Origin: Pseudomonadota bacterium
Lineage (GTDB): Bacteria > Pseudomonadota > Alphaproteobacteria > Rhizobiales > Devosiaceae
Direction of reading: 5' to 3'
DNA length: 64,000 bases
Assembly (NCBI GenBank): GCA_023391095.1
Contig: JAEWBN010000014.1
Span: forward strand, 70,276 to 134,275
The translations under genes and the position numbers were made by a program. Shown here in pieces: positions 39,263-50,281 of this stretch (position 1 is the stretch's first letter; the number at the start of each line of letters is the position of its first letter). The notes under the pieces were generated by a model. The model was not told the DNA's origin. It saw only the letters and a program-made list of their open reading frames with translations, and did not search any database.

Positions 39263-40230
39263 GCTGCGTTCCTCGAGGGCAATAGCGCGTCAAGCACGGC
39301 CATACGCACTGCAACGCCCATTTCCACCTGATCGGTAATCACTGACCGTTCGCTGTCGGCGATGGCTGGGTCGATCTCGACGCCCCGGTTCATGGGGCCC
39401 GGATGCATGACGATAGCGTCTGGCTTGGCGTGGGCGAGCTTGGCTTCATCTAGTCCGTAGAAGCGATAATACTCACGCACAGACGGGATCATTTTGCCGT
39501 TCGCCCGCTCATGCTGCAGCCGCAGCATCATCACCACGTCGGCGCCCTTGAGGCCTTCCTCCATATCGGTGAAGACTTCGGTTGCCAGATGCTCAATGCC
39601 TGCGGGCAGCAGAGTGCGCGGCGCGACCACGCGTGTGCGCACATGAAGCGCGCCAAGCAGCAGCAGGTTGGACCTGGCCACCCGGGAATTGGCAATATCG
39701 CCACAGATGGCGACTGTAAGGCCAGCAAGCGTGCCTTTGTGGTTACGGATAGTCAGCGCATCCAGCAAGGCCTGCGTCGGGTGCTCGTGGGCGCCGTCGC
39801 CCGCATTGACCACCGAACAGCCCACTTTTTGGCTCAGCAATTCGACCGCGCCTGCGGCGGAATGGCGAACCACCAGCACGTCGGGCCGCATTGCATTGAG
39901 CGTTGCAGCCGTATCCACCAGAGTCTCACCCTTGGACACTGACGATGTCTTGACCGACATGTTGACCACCAATGCCCCGAGCCGCTTGCCGGCGATTTCG
40001 AAGGACGACTGGGTGCGCGTCGAAGGCTCGAAGAAAAGATTGATCTGCGTCTTGCCGGAGAGCGTTGGGAGCGACTTCCGCTCCTGCCGGGAAATATCGA
40101 TCATGCGCTCGGCACGGTCGAGCAGATCGATAATCTCGTGCGGCTTGAGGTCTGCGATTGAAATGAGGTGTCGCTGGGCGAACGGGGGGAAGTCGCCGGA
40201 TTGCCCGGCGCTGGAATTCTGCTGCGGCAT
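39259..40230 (-). CDS. pyrB: Aspartate carbamoyltransferase catalytic subunit
   Basis: [16 protein letters not shown] and MHPGP motifs. Confidence 0.97.
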   Translation of the reverse strand: MPQQNSSAGQSGDFPPFAQRHLISIADLKPHEIIDLLDRAERMIDISRQERKSLPTLSGKTQINLFFEPSTRTQSSFEIAGKRLGALVVNMSVKTSSVSKGETLVDTAATLNAMRPDVLVVRHSAAGAVELLSQKVGCSVVNAGDGAHEHPTQALLDALTIRNHKGTLAGLTVAICGDIANSRVARSNLLLLGALHVRTRVVAPRTLLPAGIEHLATEVFTDMEEGLKGADVVMMLRLQHERANGKMIPSVREYYRFYGLDEAKLAHAKPDAIVMHPGPMNRGVEIDPAIADSERSVITDQVEMGVAVRMAVLDALLPSRNAA

Positions 40231-40297
40231 GTCGCATCCCTTGCGATTTGGTGCGGTCTAACCGAGGTGGAAGCATCGGGCAAGGGGAAGAGCGGGG

Positions 40298-40783
40298 TTA
40301 TGCGCCCGAAGCGTTTCGGGCGTCGTTGCGCAGCCGGTCAAGCGCACCTTGTAAAATGTAGCTCGCGGCGAGCTTGTCCACCACTTCGGCTCGCCGATCA
40401 CGCCGAAGGTCGGCCTCGATCATCATGCGCGTCACGGCGGACGTGGACAGTCGTTCGTCCCAGAAGGCTATGGGCAGGTCGACCTTTTGTGCCAGGTTGC
40501 GGGCAAAAGCGCGGGTGGACTGAACACGCGGCCCCTCGGTCCCATCCATGTTGAGCGGCAGCCCAAGGATGAGGCCGACGACCTGATTCTGACCGATCAG
40601 TTCAGTGATGCGCTCCGCATCCTGCGTGAACTTGGTCCGCTTGATGGTTTCAAGCGGCGTGGCCGAATATCGCATGCCATCTGAGATCGCGACGCCGATG
40701 GTCTTGGTGCCCAGGTCCAGACCAAGGATTTTCCCTGCGGGCGGGATGGCGGCGAGGGGATTGACGTTTGCTTCTTCGGTCAC
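40298..40783 (-). CDS. ruvX: Holliday junction resolvase-like / pre-16S rRNA nuclease YqgF
   Basis: GLDLGTKTIGVA, WDERLST and VDKLAA motifs. Confidence 0.94.
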   Translation of the reverse strand: MTEEANVNPLAAIPPAGKILGLDLGTKTIGVAISDGMRYSATPLETIKRTKFTQDAERITELIGQNQVVGLILGLPLNMDGTEGPRVQSTRAFARNLAQKVDLPIAFWDERLSTSAVTRMMIEADLRRDRRAEVVDKLAASYILQGALDRLRNDARNASGA

Positions 40784-40853
40784 ATGCGGCTCGCTGGACT
40801 GGACTGAATTGTCCTATAGGCTGCCCAGGCACTGTTGGCGACGGAAAAGGCAC

Positions 40854-41378
40854 ATGAAACTCACCTGGTTCGGCGATACCACATTCCGGATTCACGCCGG
40901 TGGCCAGATCGTCGTGGTAAAAGGGGAGGTGACGCCGGCTGGTTCAGAGGCGAGCGAAATAGCGAGCGGCGCCGACTATGTCGTTGCGCTGGGCGACAAA
41001 CTGCCCCCCACCGACTTGCGGAACTGGAAGCCGCGGCCGCCCATGCGAGTGCTGGACTCTGGTGATGCGACACGGCCTGTGGAGGTACACCGCGGAGAAG
41101 GTCATTCGCTTGTTATCGATGCCGATGACGATTTGCCGGTACTGATCCTTCCCGGGACGCTTCCGGAGGTTGGCCGGTGGATCGAAAAAGCAGTGGTGGT
41201 CCTTGTGGGACCGGATCTCCTCAAGCGCGCGCTCGGCCTCCTTGAGCAGAAGGTGCCGCGCCTCATCGTGCTTGCGAGCGTTGAGGCTGAGTTGGACGCC
41301 GCCTTCGCGCAATTGCCAGAGCGACTGGATGGCGCAGGCCTCATAGCGCTCCAGCCCGGTCTGGCCGTGGAAGTCTGA
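40854..41378 (+). CDS. Hypothetical protein; degenerate metallo-beta-lactamase (UPF0173)-like N-terminus
   Basis: [13 protein letters not shown] start; no HxHxDH motif; AAGG SD. Confidence 0.6.
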   Translation: MKLTWFGDTTFRIHAGGQIVVVKGEVTPAGSEASEIASGADYVVALGDKLPPTDLRNWKPRPPMRVLDSGDATRPVEVHRGEGHSLVIDADDDLPVLILPGTLPEVGRWIEKAVVVLVGPDLLKRALGLLEQKVPRLIVLASVEAELDAAFAQLPERLDGAGLIALQPGLAVEV

Positions 41379-41464
41379 TCTGCCGCATTCGGCATTTTCA
41401 TTGTCTTTTGCCGCGGCCCGTTGCTAATAACGCGGCCAACAGCCTTTGCCTTTTGGAGTTTGCC

Positions 41465-41752
41465 ATGTCTGTCGACGCCGCCACCGTCAAGCGCATCGGT
41501 CGCCTTGCGCGCATTCGCATCGAAGAAGACGAGGTTGCCGGCTACCAGGACGAGCTCAATGCCATTCTGGGCTTTGTCGAGCAGCTGTCCGAGGTGGACG
41601 TTGATGGCGTCGAGCCCATGACCTCCGTTACCCCCATGACCTTGCGCCGTCGTGATGACGTGGTGAGCGATGGCGGCTATGCCGAGAAGATTGTCGGTAA
41701 TGCGCCGCTGACGGAAGACAACTTCTTCATGGTGCCGAAGGTGGTCGAATAG
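41465..41752 (+). CDS. gatC: Asp/Glu-tRNA amidotransferase subunit C
   Basis: [13 protein letters not shown] and FFMVPKVVE motifs. Confidence 0.96.
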   Translation: MSVDAATVKRIGRLARIRIEEDEVAGYQDELNAILGFVEQLSEVDVDGVEPMTSVTPMTLRRRDDVVSDGGYAEKIVGNAPLTEDNFFMVPKVVE

Positions 41753-41754
41753 AA

Positions 41755-42240
41755 ATGGCGGTGTCGATCGCCATCGAAAGCCCCTTGCAGGACGACGTGC
41801 GCGAGCTGGTTGCCCAGCTCAACGATCATCTGCTGCCGCTGTCGCCACTCGAATATCAGTTCAAGATGACAGTCGAGCAGATGGCAGACAGCAATACGAC
41901 GCTGTTTGTTGCGCGCGATGACACCGGCCGCGCCGTGGGTATGGGCGCACTCAAGGTGCATGGGCCCGACCTCGGTGAGGTCAAGCGCATGTTCACCCTG
42001 CCATCTGTGCGGGGCCAGCGTGTCGGACGGCAGCTGCTCGAGCGCATCGTGGATTTGGCCCGGGAACGCAGACTGCCGGTCGTGATGCTCGAAACCGGCA
42101 CAGGCGACGGCATGGCGGAAGCGCACAGGCTTTATACGCGCTATGGTTTCGTGCCGCGCGGCCCATTCCTTGACTATCCCGACAGCCAGTGGTCGGCCTT
42201 TTTTGAATTGCCGCTTGCGGCCCCGCAGCAGGTAGCCTGA
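41755..42240 (+). CDS. GNAT acetyltransferase
   Basis: EVKRMF, RGQRVG, LETG and LYTRYGF motifs. Confidence 0.9.
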   Translation: MAVSIAIESPLQDDVRELVAQLNDHLLPLSPLEYQFKMTVEQMADSNTTLFVARDDTGRAVGMGALKVHGPDLGEVKRMFTLPSVRGQRVGRQLLERIVDLARERRLPVVMLETGTGDGMAEAHRLYTRYGFVPRGPFLDYPDSQWSAFFELPLAAPQQVA

Positions 42241-42273
42241 TCGCTACCGGCCGTGATGAACGAGAGATTTCCC

Positions 42274-43758
42274 GTGACTGACCTTACAAAACTCAGCCTC
42301 GCAGACGCCCGCAAGGGTCTCAAGGACAAGAGCTTCACCGCGCTGGAGCTGACTGACGCCTATATCGAGGCCATCGAAGCGGCCAACCCCGCGCTCAACG
42401 CCTATGTCGCGACCACGCCTGAACAGGCCCGGGACATGGCCAAAGCCAGCGATGGAAAGCTGGCGCGTGGGGAGGGTGGTGCGCTCGAAGGCATTCCGCT
42501 GGGCATCAAGGATCTCTTCGCGACCAGGGGTGTCCATACCCAGGCGGCCAGCCACATCCTGGATGGCTTCAAGCCCGAATACGAATCCACCGTGACCGCA
42601 AATCTGTGGCGCGACGGCGCTGTCATGCTCGGCAAGCTCAACATGGATGAGTTCGCCATGGGCTCGTCCAACGAGACGAGCTATTACGGGCCGGTGATCA
42701 GCCCGTTCAAGGCTGAGGGCAGCAACGCCAATCTTGTACCTGGCGGCTCCTCCGGCGGCTCGGCAGCTGCCGTTGCGGCCTGGCTGTGTGCGGGCGCCAC
42801 AGCGACCGACACTGGCGGCTCTATCCGGCAGCCCGCAGCGTTCACAGGGACGGTTGGTATCAAGCCGACCTATGGCCGCGCGTCGCGCTGGGGCACAGTG
42901 GCTTTCGCATCCTCGCTCGACCAGGCAGGTCCTATTGCCCGCACGGTCGAAGACGCGGCGATCCTGATGACCTCGATGTCGGGCTTTGATCCAAAGGATT
43001 CGACCAGCGTCGATATCCCGGTTCCCGATTTTGCTGCAGCAGTTGAGCGCGGCGTGAAGGGGCTCTCCATTGGCGTCCCGCGGGAATATCGCATGGACGG
43101 TATGCCAGGCGAGATCGAAAAACTTTGGGAGCAGGGCCTTGAATGGCTCAAGGCCGAGGGTGCGACGGTCAAGGACATAAGCCTGCCGCACACCAAATAC
43201 GCGCTGCCGGCCTACTACATCGTTGCGCCGGCCGAAGCCTCGTCGAACCTGGCTCGATATGACGGTGTCAAATATGGCCTGCGCGTTTCGGGCAAGGACA
43301 TTACCGACATGTATGAGCTTACGCGCGCGGCAGGCTTCGGCCGCGAGGTCAAGCGCCGCATCATGATCGGTACCTATGTGCTCTCGGCTGGCTACTTCGA
43401 CGCCTACTACGTCAAGGCGCAGAAAGTCCGGACGCTGATCAAGAAAGACTTCGAGGATGCGTTCAATGGCGGCGTCGACGCCATTTTGACGCCGGCAACG
43501 CCTTCCGCCGCCTTCGGCATTGGTGACGAGGCGCTCGCCGCAGATCCCGTGGCGATGTACCTCAATGACGTTTTCACCGTGACGGTGAACATGGCCGGCC
43601 TTCCTGGCATCGCGGTGCCGGCCGGTAAGGACGGGCAGGGGCTTCCACTCGGCCTGCAGCTTATCGGCAAGCCCTTTGACGAAGAGACGCTGTTTGCTGC
43701 TGCTCGCGTCATCGAAAAGAGCGCAGGTGGCGACTTCGCGCCCAAGCGCTGGTGGTAA
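42274..43758 (+). CDS. gatA: Amidotransferase subunit A
   Basis: [17 protein letters not shown] and SSNLARYDG motifs. Confidence 0.97.
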   Translation: MTDLTKLSLADARKGLKDKSFTALELTDAYIEAIEAANPALNAYVATTPEQARDMAKASDGKLARGEGGALEGIPLGIKDLFATRGVHTQAASHILDGFKPEYESTVTANLWRDGAVMLGKLNMDEFAMGSSNETSYYGPVISPFKAEGSNANLVPGGSSGGSAAAVAAWLCAGATATDTGGSIRQPAAFTGTVGIKPTYGRASRWGTVAFASSLDQAGPIARTVEDAAILMTSMSGFDPKDSTSVDIPVPDFAAAVERGVKGLSIGVPREYRMDGMPGEIEKLWEQGLEWLKAEGATVKDISLPHTKYALPAYYIVAPAEASSNLARYDGVKYGLRVSGKDITDMYELTRAAGFGREVKRRIMIGTYVLSAGYFDAYYVKAQKVRTLIKKDFEDAFNGGVDAILTPATPSAAFGIGDEALAADPVAMYLNDVFTVTVNMAGLPGIAVPAGKDGQGLPLGLQLIGKPFDEETLFAAARVIEKSAGGDFAPKRWW

Positions 43759-43878
43759 GCCAAAAAACGGGCGGCGCTTGATTGCGCCGCCGTTCCGGCC
43801 TATTTGCGGCCAATGCACAAGTTGAAACTGGTAGTGACGCGCCCGCTGGCGGCGTCCGGGCCAACAGGGGTTACGCCG

Positions 43879-44196
43879 ATGGCCGTTGACATTTTTACGA
43901 CGCTCGACTGGTCGGAGCCGCCCAAGGATATGAGCAAGCCGCTGCAGGCTCTCTGGTGGCTCAAGAAGGGCGAACTGCGCGTAGGACCGGAGTGGGAACG
44001 CGCGCACAACATCGTCCAGGCTATGGAGGGGGTGCAGGCCTTCGACTGGGTCCATGCCCTGATGCACTGGATCGAAGCCGATATGGGCAATGCCGATTAC
44101 TGGTATCGCCGCGCCGGCAAGCGCCGCGCCACAGCCAGCGTAGCGTCCGAATGGGAGCATATTGCCGCGGCTCTCAGCGAAGTGACTCGTCACTAA
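43879..44196 (+). CDS. Conserved hypothetical protein
   Basis: WERAH..Q, WVHA..H..E.D..NA.YWY..AG pattern; coding-like codon usage. Confidence 0.75.
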   Translation: MAVDIFTTLDWSEPPKDMSKPLQALWWLKKGELRVGPEWERAHNIVQAMEGVQAFDWVHALMHWIEADMGNADYWYRRAGKRRATASVASEWEHIAAALSEVTRH

Positions 44197-44417
44197 AAAC
44201 GGGCCCGTCTCCTCGCCTCGCCAGCAGCCCGGACAATCGGAGCGACGGCCAGCAGAATCGTGCCCACCATGCCTCCAATGGCCAAAAGCCCTACAGGGGT
44301 AATGTGGACGTCAGCTTCGATGCTGGCCTTGCCCCACATGAACCGGGCTCGCGCGCGTCCGACTTCGTTCAGCCTTGCCGGCGCAGGCAGGTTTTGTTCG
44401 GCACTCTTGTCGGTCAT
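44193..44417 (-). CDS. Small membrane protein (74 aa)
   Basis: SD AAGGAG, one hydrophobic segment, EcfG-like promoter upstream. Confidence 0.6.
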   Translation of the reverse strand: MTDKSAEQNLPAPARLNEVGRARARFMWGKASIEADVHITPVGLLAIGGMVGTILLAVAPIVRAAGEARRRARF

Positions 44418-44438
44418 CGTGTTCTCCTTTTCCGGGGC

Positions 44439-44463
44439 AACGCCTGGGTCGGATGATGTTTCC
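44439..44463 (-). promoter_or_regulatory. Putative EcfG-type promoter
   Basis: Minus strand GGAAA-N16-CGTT. Confidence 0.45.
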
Positions 44464-44579
44464 CTGCATATCCTTGCCTTGAGCTTCTTCGATTTGAGAA
44501 CGCGAGCGCCCAGCGGGTGTTGAAATGCCAGCCCTGACGGTGCAAACCACCGTTACCGAATTCCAGCCGAGGACTTGCC

Positions 44580-44894
44580 GTGACCGCATCAAAATCGCCC
44601 GCTGAATGTCAAAGCAAGGATGATGTCCGCGCGGAGATCGACCGGATCGATCAGGCGTTGCTGGCGCTGTTTGCGGAACGCCACGGCTATGTCACGCGAA
44701 TGGCAGAGATCAAGACTGATCCGCACGAGGCTTATGATCCGGTGCGTATCGAAGCCGTTATCACGAAAGTGCGGGCGCGCAGTTTGGACCTTGATCTGGA
44801 CGAGGATCAGGCCGAACTTATCTGGCGTACCCTGATCGACTGGAACGTCAACTACGAGAAGGGCATCATCGCGGCGCGGCGCCGCGCAAAATAG
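44580..44894 (+). CDS. Chorismate mutase / isochorismate-pyruvate lyase (AroQ/PchB-like)
   Basis: VRAEIDRID, AERHGYV..AEIK and P.RIEAV motifs. Confidence 0.88.
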   Translation: MTASKSPAECQSKDDVRAEIDRIDQALLALFAERHGYVTRMAEIKTDPHEAYDPVRIEAVITKVRARSLDLDLDEDQAELIWRTLIDWNVNYEKGIIAARRRAK

Positions 44895-44903
44895 GAGGCT
44901 GTC

Positions 44904-45413
44904 ATGCCTGGCATTCGGATACGCGCAGCGGAAATCACGGATGCCCCACAGATGGCCGACCTCGCATTCCTCGCATGGGAAAGCGGCATTCTGCCCATCC
45001 TCACCAATCCCGACGGAATGAGAGAGGCCGAACGGCGTCGGCTCTTCCAGGCGGTTGGTGAGGGGTGGCGCCATGCGATTGTTGCCTCGGTGGACGGTGT
45101 CGTGATCGGCTGGTGCTCGCGGTTGCCCAGGCGCTCCTACGTGCCGTTTCTTTTCGTCATGCCTGAAATGCAGGGCCACGGAATCGGCGGGCACTTGCTA
45201 GCCCGAATGGAGGCAATGCTGGAGCTTGAGGGCGCCGAACGCATTCATCTTGAAACTCCCGCAGACCATGTTCGGGCTGTTCGCTTCTATGAACGTCAGG
45301 GCTATCGCATCCTGGCGCTCCGACCGGACGGGCGGGCGGGACACGATCCCTTCATGAGCGTACATCTCGAAAAGCGGCTTCGCCCGTTTGAAGGCGATAT
45401 CGGCGAGGATTGA
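44904..45413 (+). CDS. GNAT acetyltransferase
   Basis: QGHGIGG and AVRFYERQGY motifs; SD AGGAGG. Confidence 0.88.
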   Translation: MPGIRIRAAEITDAPQMADLAFLAWESGILPILTNPDGMREAERRRLFQAVGEGWRHAIVASVDGVVIGWCSRLPRRSYVPFLFVMPEMQGHGIGGHLLARMEAMLELEGAERIHLETPADHVRAVRFYERQGYRILALRPDGRAGHDPFMSVHLEKRLRPFEGDIGED

Positions 45414-45506
45414 CGCCGACGGCGGCTGACATACTTTGAGCCGTTGCAAGGCTGGCTCAACCCCGCTAAGCACAGACCTGAAATTTTCGACTTTCAGGAC
45501 TGCCAA

Positions 45507-47006
45507 GTGACCATCGTCGACACCCGCACACCCGACAAGAAGCGCCTGATTTCTGGTTCGACCGGAGATTGGGAAGTCATCATCGGCATGGAAGTGCATG
45601 CGCAGGTGACCAGCGAGAGCAAGCTGTTCTCCGGATCGTCGACGGAGTTTGGCAATCCTCCCAACGCCAATGTCAGCTTCGTGGATGCGGCCATGCCCGG
45701 CATGCTGCCCGTCATCAACGAGGAATGTGTCCGGCAGGCTGTGCGCACCGGTCTCGGTCTGAAGGCGCAGATCAACAAGCGCTCGGTTTTCGATCGGAAG
45801 AATTATTTCTATCCAGACCTGCCGCAGGGCTACCAGATTTCCCAGTTCAAGGATCCCATCGTCGGCGAGGGCAAGGTTCTGCTCGACGTAGATGGCGAGC
45901 AGATCGAAATCGGGATCGAACGCCTGCACCTCGAGCAGGACGCGGGTAAGTCGATTCACGACCAGCATCCCAATATGAGCTTCGTTGACCTCAACCGTTC
46001 GGGTGTTGCTCTTATGGAAATCGTCTCCAAGCCCGACCTGCGGTCGGCGGAGGAGGCAAAGGCCTATCTGTCCAAGCTGCGCACCATCCTCCGCTACCTG
46101 GGAACTTGCGACGGCAACATGGAGCAGGGCTCCATGCGGGCTGACGTCAACGTGTCCGTTCGTCGTCCCGGCGGTGAGTTCGGCACGCGCTGCGAGATCA
46201 AGAACGTCAATTCCATCCGCTTCGCCGGCCAGGCTATCGAATACGAAGCGCGCCGCCAGATCAATATTCTTGAGGACGGCGGCACGATCGATCAGGAAAC
46301 ACGTCTGTTCGACCCCAAGAATGGCGAAACCCGGTCCATGCGGTCCAAGGAAGAGGCGCATGACTATCGCTATTTCCCTGACCCCGATCTTCTCCCGCTC
46401 GAGTTCGACGACGCCTTCATCGCAGAACTGGCCGAGAACCTGCCGGAATTGCCTGATGAGAAGCAGGCCCGCTTTATCCGGGACTATGGCGTCACGGCCT
46501 ATGACGCAATGGTGCTCACGCTCGACCGCGAAACGGCTGATTTCTATGAAAGCTGCGTGGCGTTTGGTGGCACCAAGCGCGATGGAAAGGCCGTGGCGAA
46601 CATTCTCAACGGAGACGTTGCGGCGTTTGCCAACAGCCAGAGCCTGGCGGTGTGGGAAACGCATCTCAAGCCGGCACAGATCGCCGGTCTGGTTGACCTT
46701 ATCGCTGGCGGAACAATTTCGTCCAAGGGCGGCAAGGACGTGCTGCAAATTCTCATTGCCGAAGAACCGGAGGGTGACCCGGCTGAGATCGTGGAGCGGC
46801 GGGGTCTGAAACAGGTCACTGACCTGGGCGCGATCGAGAAGATTGTGGACGACATCATCGCCGCCAATCCGGATCAGGTCGAAAAGGTCAAGGCCAAGCC
46901 GACCATGATCGGCTGGTTTGTGGGGCAAGCCATGAAGGCCTCCGGCGGGAAGGCCAATCCTCAGGCCCTCAACGAGCTGATGAAGCAGAAGCTCGGGATC
47001 GAATAA
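45507..47006 (+). CDS. gatB: Amidotransferase subunit B
   Basis: [18 protein letters not shown] and YRYFPDPDL motifs. Confidence 0.97.
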   Translation: MTIVDTRTPDKKRLISGSTGDWEVIIGMEVHAQVTSESKLFSGSSTEFGNPPNANVSFVDAAMPGMLPVINEECVRQAVRTGLGLKAQINKRSVFDRKNYFYPDLPQGYQISQFKDPIVGEGKVLLDVDGEQIEIGIERLHLEQDAGKSIHDQHPNMSFVDLNRSGVALMEIVSKPDLRSAEEAKAYLSKLRTILRYLGTCDGNMEQGSMRADVNVSVRRPGGEFGTRCEIKNVNSIRFAGQAIEYEARRQINILEDGGTIDQETRLFDPKNGETRSMRSKEEAHDYRYFPDPDLLPLEFDDAFIAELAENLPELPDEKQARFIRDYGVTAYDAMVLTLDRETADFYESCVAFGGTKRDGKAVANILNGDVAAFANSQSLAVWETHLKPAQIAGLVDLIAGGTISSKGGKDVLQILIAEEPEGDPAEIVERRGLKQVTDLGAIEKIVDDIIAANPDQVEKVKAKPTMIGWFVGQAMKASGGKANPQALNELMKQKLGIE

Positions 47007-47009
47007 TGG

Positions 47010-47034
47010 AAAGGCGGCCGCTGGGCCGCCTTTT
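47010..47034. terminator. Terminator after gatB (probably bidirectional)
   Basis: AAAGGCGGCC-GCTG-GGCCGCCTTTT. Confidence 0.8.
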
Positions 47035-47048
47035 GCTTTCCGGCAACG

Positions 47049-47237
47049 TCACGGATTGATGTCGTTGCCGGGCTCAGGCGGAAGGGCAGGGTCTGGCTCT
47101 TCGCTGTCTTGATCGTGCCGAAGCGGTGAGGTGTGTGGATTGTCTGCATCTCCGGCTGGCAGATGCGACGGCATCGGAGGCACCGGATCAGGATGGCTGT
47201 GGGGGACGTCTGGATCGTGCGTTCGCAGGTCTGTCAT
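47049..47237 (-). CDS. Small Pro/Asp/His-rich protein (62 aa)
   Basis: Own SD (GAGG) inside the upstream gene; directly follows its TAG. Confidence 0.5.
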   Translation of the reverse strand: MTDLRTHDPDVPHSHPDPVPPMPSHLPAGDADNPHTSPLRHDQDSEEPDPALPPEPGNDINP

Positions 47238-47447
47238 CTAGACCTCATGCGGACGTGGATCGTGTTCCGGATCAGGAGCGATTTCGGGCTCCCGCGGCGG
47301 CAGAGGTTCTTCGACCGGCTCCTCAGGCGTGGGCACCTCGTCCGGTCCGGGCGGGAATGGCTCGGCCGGTTGCGGTGGCTGCGGCTCTGGCTGTGGCACG
47401 ATTTCCGGTATGGGACGCGGATCGATGTCGGGTCTGTGCGCGGTCAT
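47238..47447 (-). CDS. Small Pro/Glu-rich protein (69 aa)
   Basis: SD AGAGGA and a consensus EcfG promoter upstream. Confidence 0.6.
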   Translation of the reverse strand: MTAHRPDIDPRPIPEIVPQPEPQPPQPAEPFPPGPDEVPTPEEPVEEPLPPREPEIAPDPEHDPRPHEV

Positions 47448-47466
47448 GTATCTTCCTCTTGGCCGA

Positions 47467-47491
47467 AACGGCCGGCAGGAAGATATGTTCC
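47467..47491 (-). promoter_or_regulatory. EcfG/SigT-type promoter
   Basis: Exact GGAAC-N16-CGTT on the minus strand. Confidence 0.72.
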
Positions 47492-47495
47492 GAGG

Positions 47496-48389
47496 TCAGC
47501 CCGGCTGACCCACTCGCCACATGCGTTTTACCCGCCCGTCGATGAACAGCAGACCGAAGAAAATCACCAGCATGCCCAGCAGCTGGATGGGAAGAATGGT
47601 CTCACCCAATACCGTCACACCGATAATCAGGGCCGAGATTGGTGCGATGAAGGTCGTGGTGGCAAAATTGGTCGGACCTACCCTCGGAAGAATCCGATAC
47701 ATGATCTGAAAGGTGAAGGCCGTCGACAAGAGGCCGATCGCCAGCGCGGCACCCCAGGTCTCTGGTCGCGTCATGTGAGGGATGCCTTCGCTCAACAAGG
47801 CAATCGGAGCCGAAATAATCGCCGCGCCAGTCAATGCGATTGCAGCGAATGCCGTGGGCTCGACATGCTTGTAGCTGCGCGTGATGTTCAGCGAGAGTCC
47901 ATAGCACAGCGTTGCGCCAAGGCACGCCGCAACCGCCCAAAGCTCGGAATTCCCGCCCGCTGCCAGCGTTGGTGACACCAGGATCGCCGCACCGACGAAA
48001 CCGATGGCCACGCCAGTGAACTTCATGGGCGATGCCTTTTCTCCGCCAAGCCAGAAATGGGAGATGATGGCTGTCACCATCGGCGTCAACGCATTGATAA
48101 TTGCGGCGACGCCACTGGCAAGGTCAGCTTGGGCCAATGGGAAGAGGGCAAAAGGGATGGCATATGCGATGACACCCAGTCCCGCCAGCTGCAGCCACAA
48201 GACAAGATCGCGTGGCACGGGCTTGCGCAGGGCGGCCAGGAAAATCCAGCAGCCAAGGGCGCCAATGCCAACGCGCAAAGAGGTTACCCAGAGCGGACCG
48301 ATCTCACGAATGAGCACTGCGTTGAAAACGAATGAACAGCCCCAAATGGCGCCCAGCATGATGATCAGTAGCCAGTCGCGGAGACTCAT
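47496..48389 (-). CDS. DMT/EamA family transporter
   Basis: IWGCSF motif; about 10 hydrophobic segments in two repeats. Confidence 0.9.
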   Translation of the reverse strand: MSLRDWLLIIMLGAIWGCSFVFNAVLIREIGPLWVTSLRVGIGALGCWIFLAALRKPVPRDLVLWLQLAGLGVIAYAIPFALFPLAQADLASGVAAIINALTPMVTAIISHFWLGGEKASPMKFTGVAIGFVGAAILVSPTLAAGGNSELWAVAACLGATLCYGLSLNITRSYKHVEPTAFAAIALTGAAIISAPIALLSEGIPHMTRPETWGAALAIGLLSTAFTFQIMYRILPRVGPTNFATTTFIAPISALIIGVTVLGETILPIQLLGMLVIFFGLLFIDGRVKRMWRVGQPG

Positions 48390-48482
48390 CGCAATTCCTC
48401 GAAACAGGCGCGCAAACTACGTCGCTGCGAACCGGTGGTCGAACCGATTTTGACGATGGATGTCATCACCCGAAGTGATGGC

Positions 48483-49073
48483 TCAGGCGGGAAACTGAAC
48501 CTCACCGCTCGCGAGCATTCGCAAAGCCTGTGGGTAGATCCGATGCTCTTCGACCAGCACCCGCGCTGCCAGCGTTTCTGCGGTATCGTCGGGCAGGACG
48601 GGAACGGATGCCTGCAAAATCGTTGGTCCTTCATCGAGCCCGGGCGTGACGAAGTGAACTGTGCAGCCATGCTCCGTCGCACCATCGGCAAGCGCCCGCG
48701 CGTGGGTATCGAGACCCTTATACTGCGGCAGGAGCGAAGGATGGACGTTGATCAGCCGGCCTTGCCAGCGATTGACGAAGTCTTCTCTGAGAATGCGCAT
48801 GAAGCCGGCCAGGCACACATAGTCCACCTCCCAGCTTTCCAGTACCTGGGTCATGGTGTCCTCGAACATCTCCCGGCTCGGAAAGCGACTTTGTGCGAGT
48901 GACGCCGTGGCAATGCCATATGACGCCGCATATTCCAGTCCGGCTGCTGCGGCCCTGTTTGAAAGCACGCCAACAATTTCTGCAGGGTAGTCCGGCGAAC
49001 GGGCAGCCTCGATGAGGGCTGCCATGTTCGAGCCGCGGCCGGAAATAAGAATGGCGGCCTTCTTGCGGATCAC
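48483..49073 (-). CDS. purN: Phosphoribosylglycinamide formyltransferase
   Basis: [22 protein letters not shown] and GCTVH motifs. Confidence 0.97.
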   Translation of the reverse strand: MIRKKAAILISGRGSNMAALIEAARSPDYPAEIVGVLSNRAAAAGLEYAASYGIATASLAQSRFPSREMFEDTMTQVLESWEVDYVCLAGFMRILREDFVNRWQGRLINVHPSLLPQYKGLDTHARALADGATEHGCTVHFVTPGLDEGPTILQASVPVLPDDTAETLAARVLVEEHRIYPQALRMLASGEVQFPA

Positions 49074-50146
49074 AGGGAGAGGGCTCCCCGGAAGGTCACC
49101 GGCTCGCCAGTCCGCTCAGTCAGCTGCCCGACGACGGAAGCGATTTCGCCCGAGGCGTTAAGGCTCTGGACGAGCTTTTCAGCATCTTCCTCAGCCACCG
49201 CGACGAGCATGCCCACGCCGCAATTGAAAGTGCGCAGCATCTCGCGCTCTTCCATGCCGCCAGTTTTGCTCAGCCATCCGAAAACGGCCGGTACGTTGAC
49301 CTGGGTAAGATCAATTTCGGCAGCGAGATGCTCGGGGAGAACGCGGGGAATATTGTCGATGAAGCCGCCACCGGTGATATGCGCCAGTGCCTTGATGTCG
49401 AGACCTTCGCGCAGGGCCGCAAGGAGTGGTTTGACGTAGATGCGGGTCGGTTCCAGCAGTGCCTCTGCAAGCGTCTTGCCCTCGGCAAAGGGGGCCGGCG
49501 CGTCCCAGCCCAACCCGGAGACTTCGACAATCTTACGGACCAGCGAATAACCGTTGGAGTGGACGCCCGACGAGGCGATGGCGACGAGTGTGTCACCTGC
49601 GGCAATGTCCGGCCGGGGAAGCAGTGCCCCGCGCTCGGCGGCGCCCACTGCGAAACCGGCGAGGTCATAGTCGTTGCCGTGATACATGCCCGGCATTTCG
49701 GCAGTTTCGCCGCCGATAAGCGCGCAGCCGGCCAAACGGCAGCCGTGTGCGATGCCTTCGACAATTGCCGTTCCCTGTGCGACATCCAGCTTGCCAGTGG
49801 CGAAATAGTCGAGGAAGAAGAGCGGCTCTGCACCTTGGACCACAAGATCATTGACGCACATGGCAACCAGATCCTGCCCGATCGTATCATGCTTGCCGGT
49901 GTCGATGGCGATCTTGAGCTTGGTGCCGACGCCGTCATTGGCAGCCACGAGCACGGGGTCCTTGAAACCTGCAGCCCGCAAATCGAACAGGCCGCCGAAG
50001 CCGCCGATCTCACCATCGGCGCCAGGCCGGCGGGTCGATTTCACGGCGGGCTTGATTGCCTCGACCAGCGCATTGCCAGCGTCGATGTCGACGCCTGCCT
50101 GCTTGTACGAAAGACCGTTTGATGGCAGGTTTTGCGCGTCGGACAT
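49070..50146 (-). CDS. purM: AIR synthase
   Basis: [21 protein letters not shown] and HITGGG motifs. Confidence 0.97.
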   Translation of the reverse strand: MSDAQNLPSNGLSYKQAGVDIDAGNALVEAIKPAVKSTRRPGADGEIGGFGGLFDLRAAGFKDPVLVAANDGVGTKLKIAIDTGKHDTIGQDLVAMCVNDLVVQGAEPLFFLDYFATGKLDVAQGTAIVEGIAHGCRLAGCALIGGETAEMPGMYHGNDYDLAGFAVGAAERGALLPRPDIAAGDTLVAIASSGVHSNGYSLVRKIVEVSGLGWDAPAPFAEGKTLAEALLEPTRIYVKPLLAALREGLDIKALAHITGGGFIDNIPRVLPEHLAAEIDLTQVNVPAVFGWLSKTGGMEEREMLRTFNCGVGMLVAVAEEDAEKLVQSLNASGEIASVVGQLTERTGEPVTFRGALSL

Positions 50147-50281
50147 GTGCCTTGATACCAATGCTGGGGATTGCGGGCGCAAAGGCTTGCGCACGAACCG
50201 GGTTGGTTGAGTTTTTCGGTGCTGGCCGTTAGACGGCCTGATAGCTTTTCGATTACACAGACGCAAGGGCCGCCCGGCGCC

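Noticed and set aside
47235..47240. In-frame TAG-ATG junction as stop-codon readthrough or a nonsense-split gene
   Set aside because: The second ORF has its own SD and ATG; no recoding signal seen; not fully excluded
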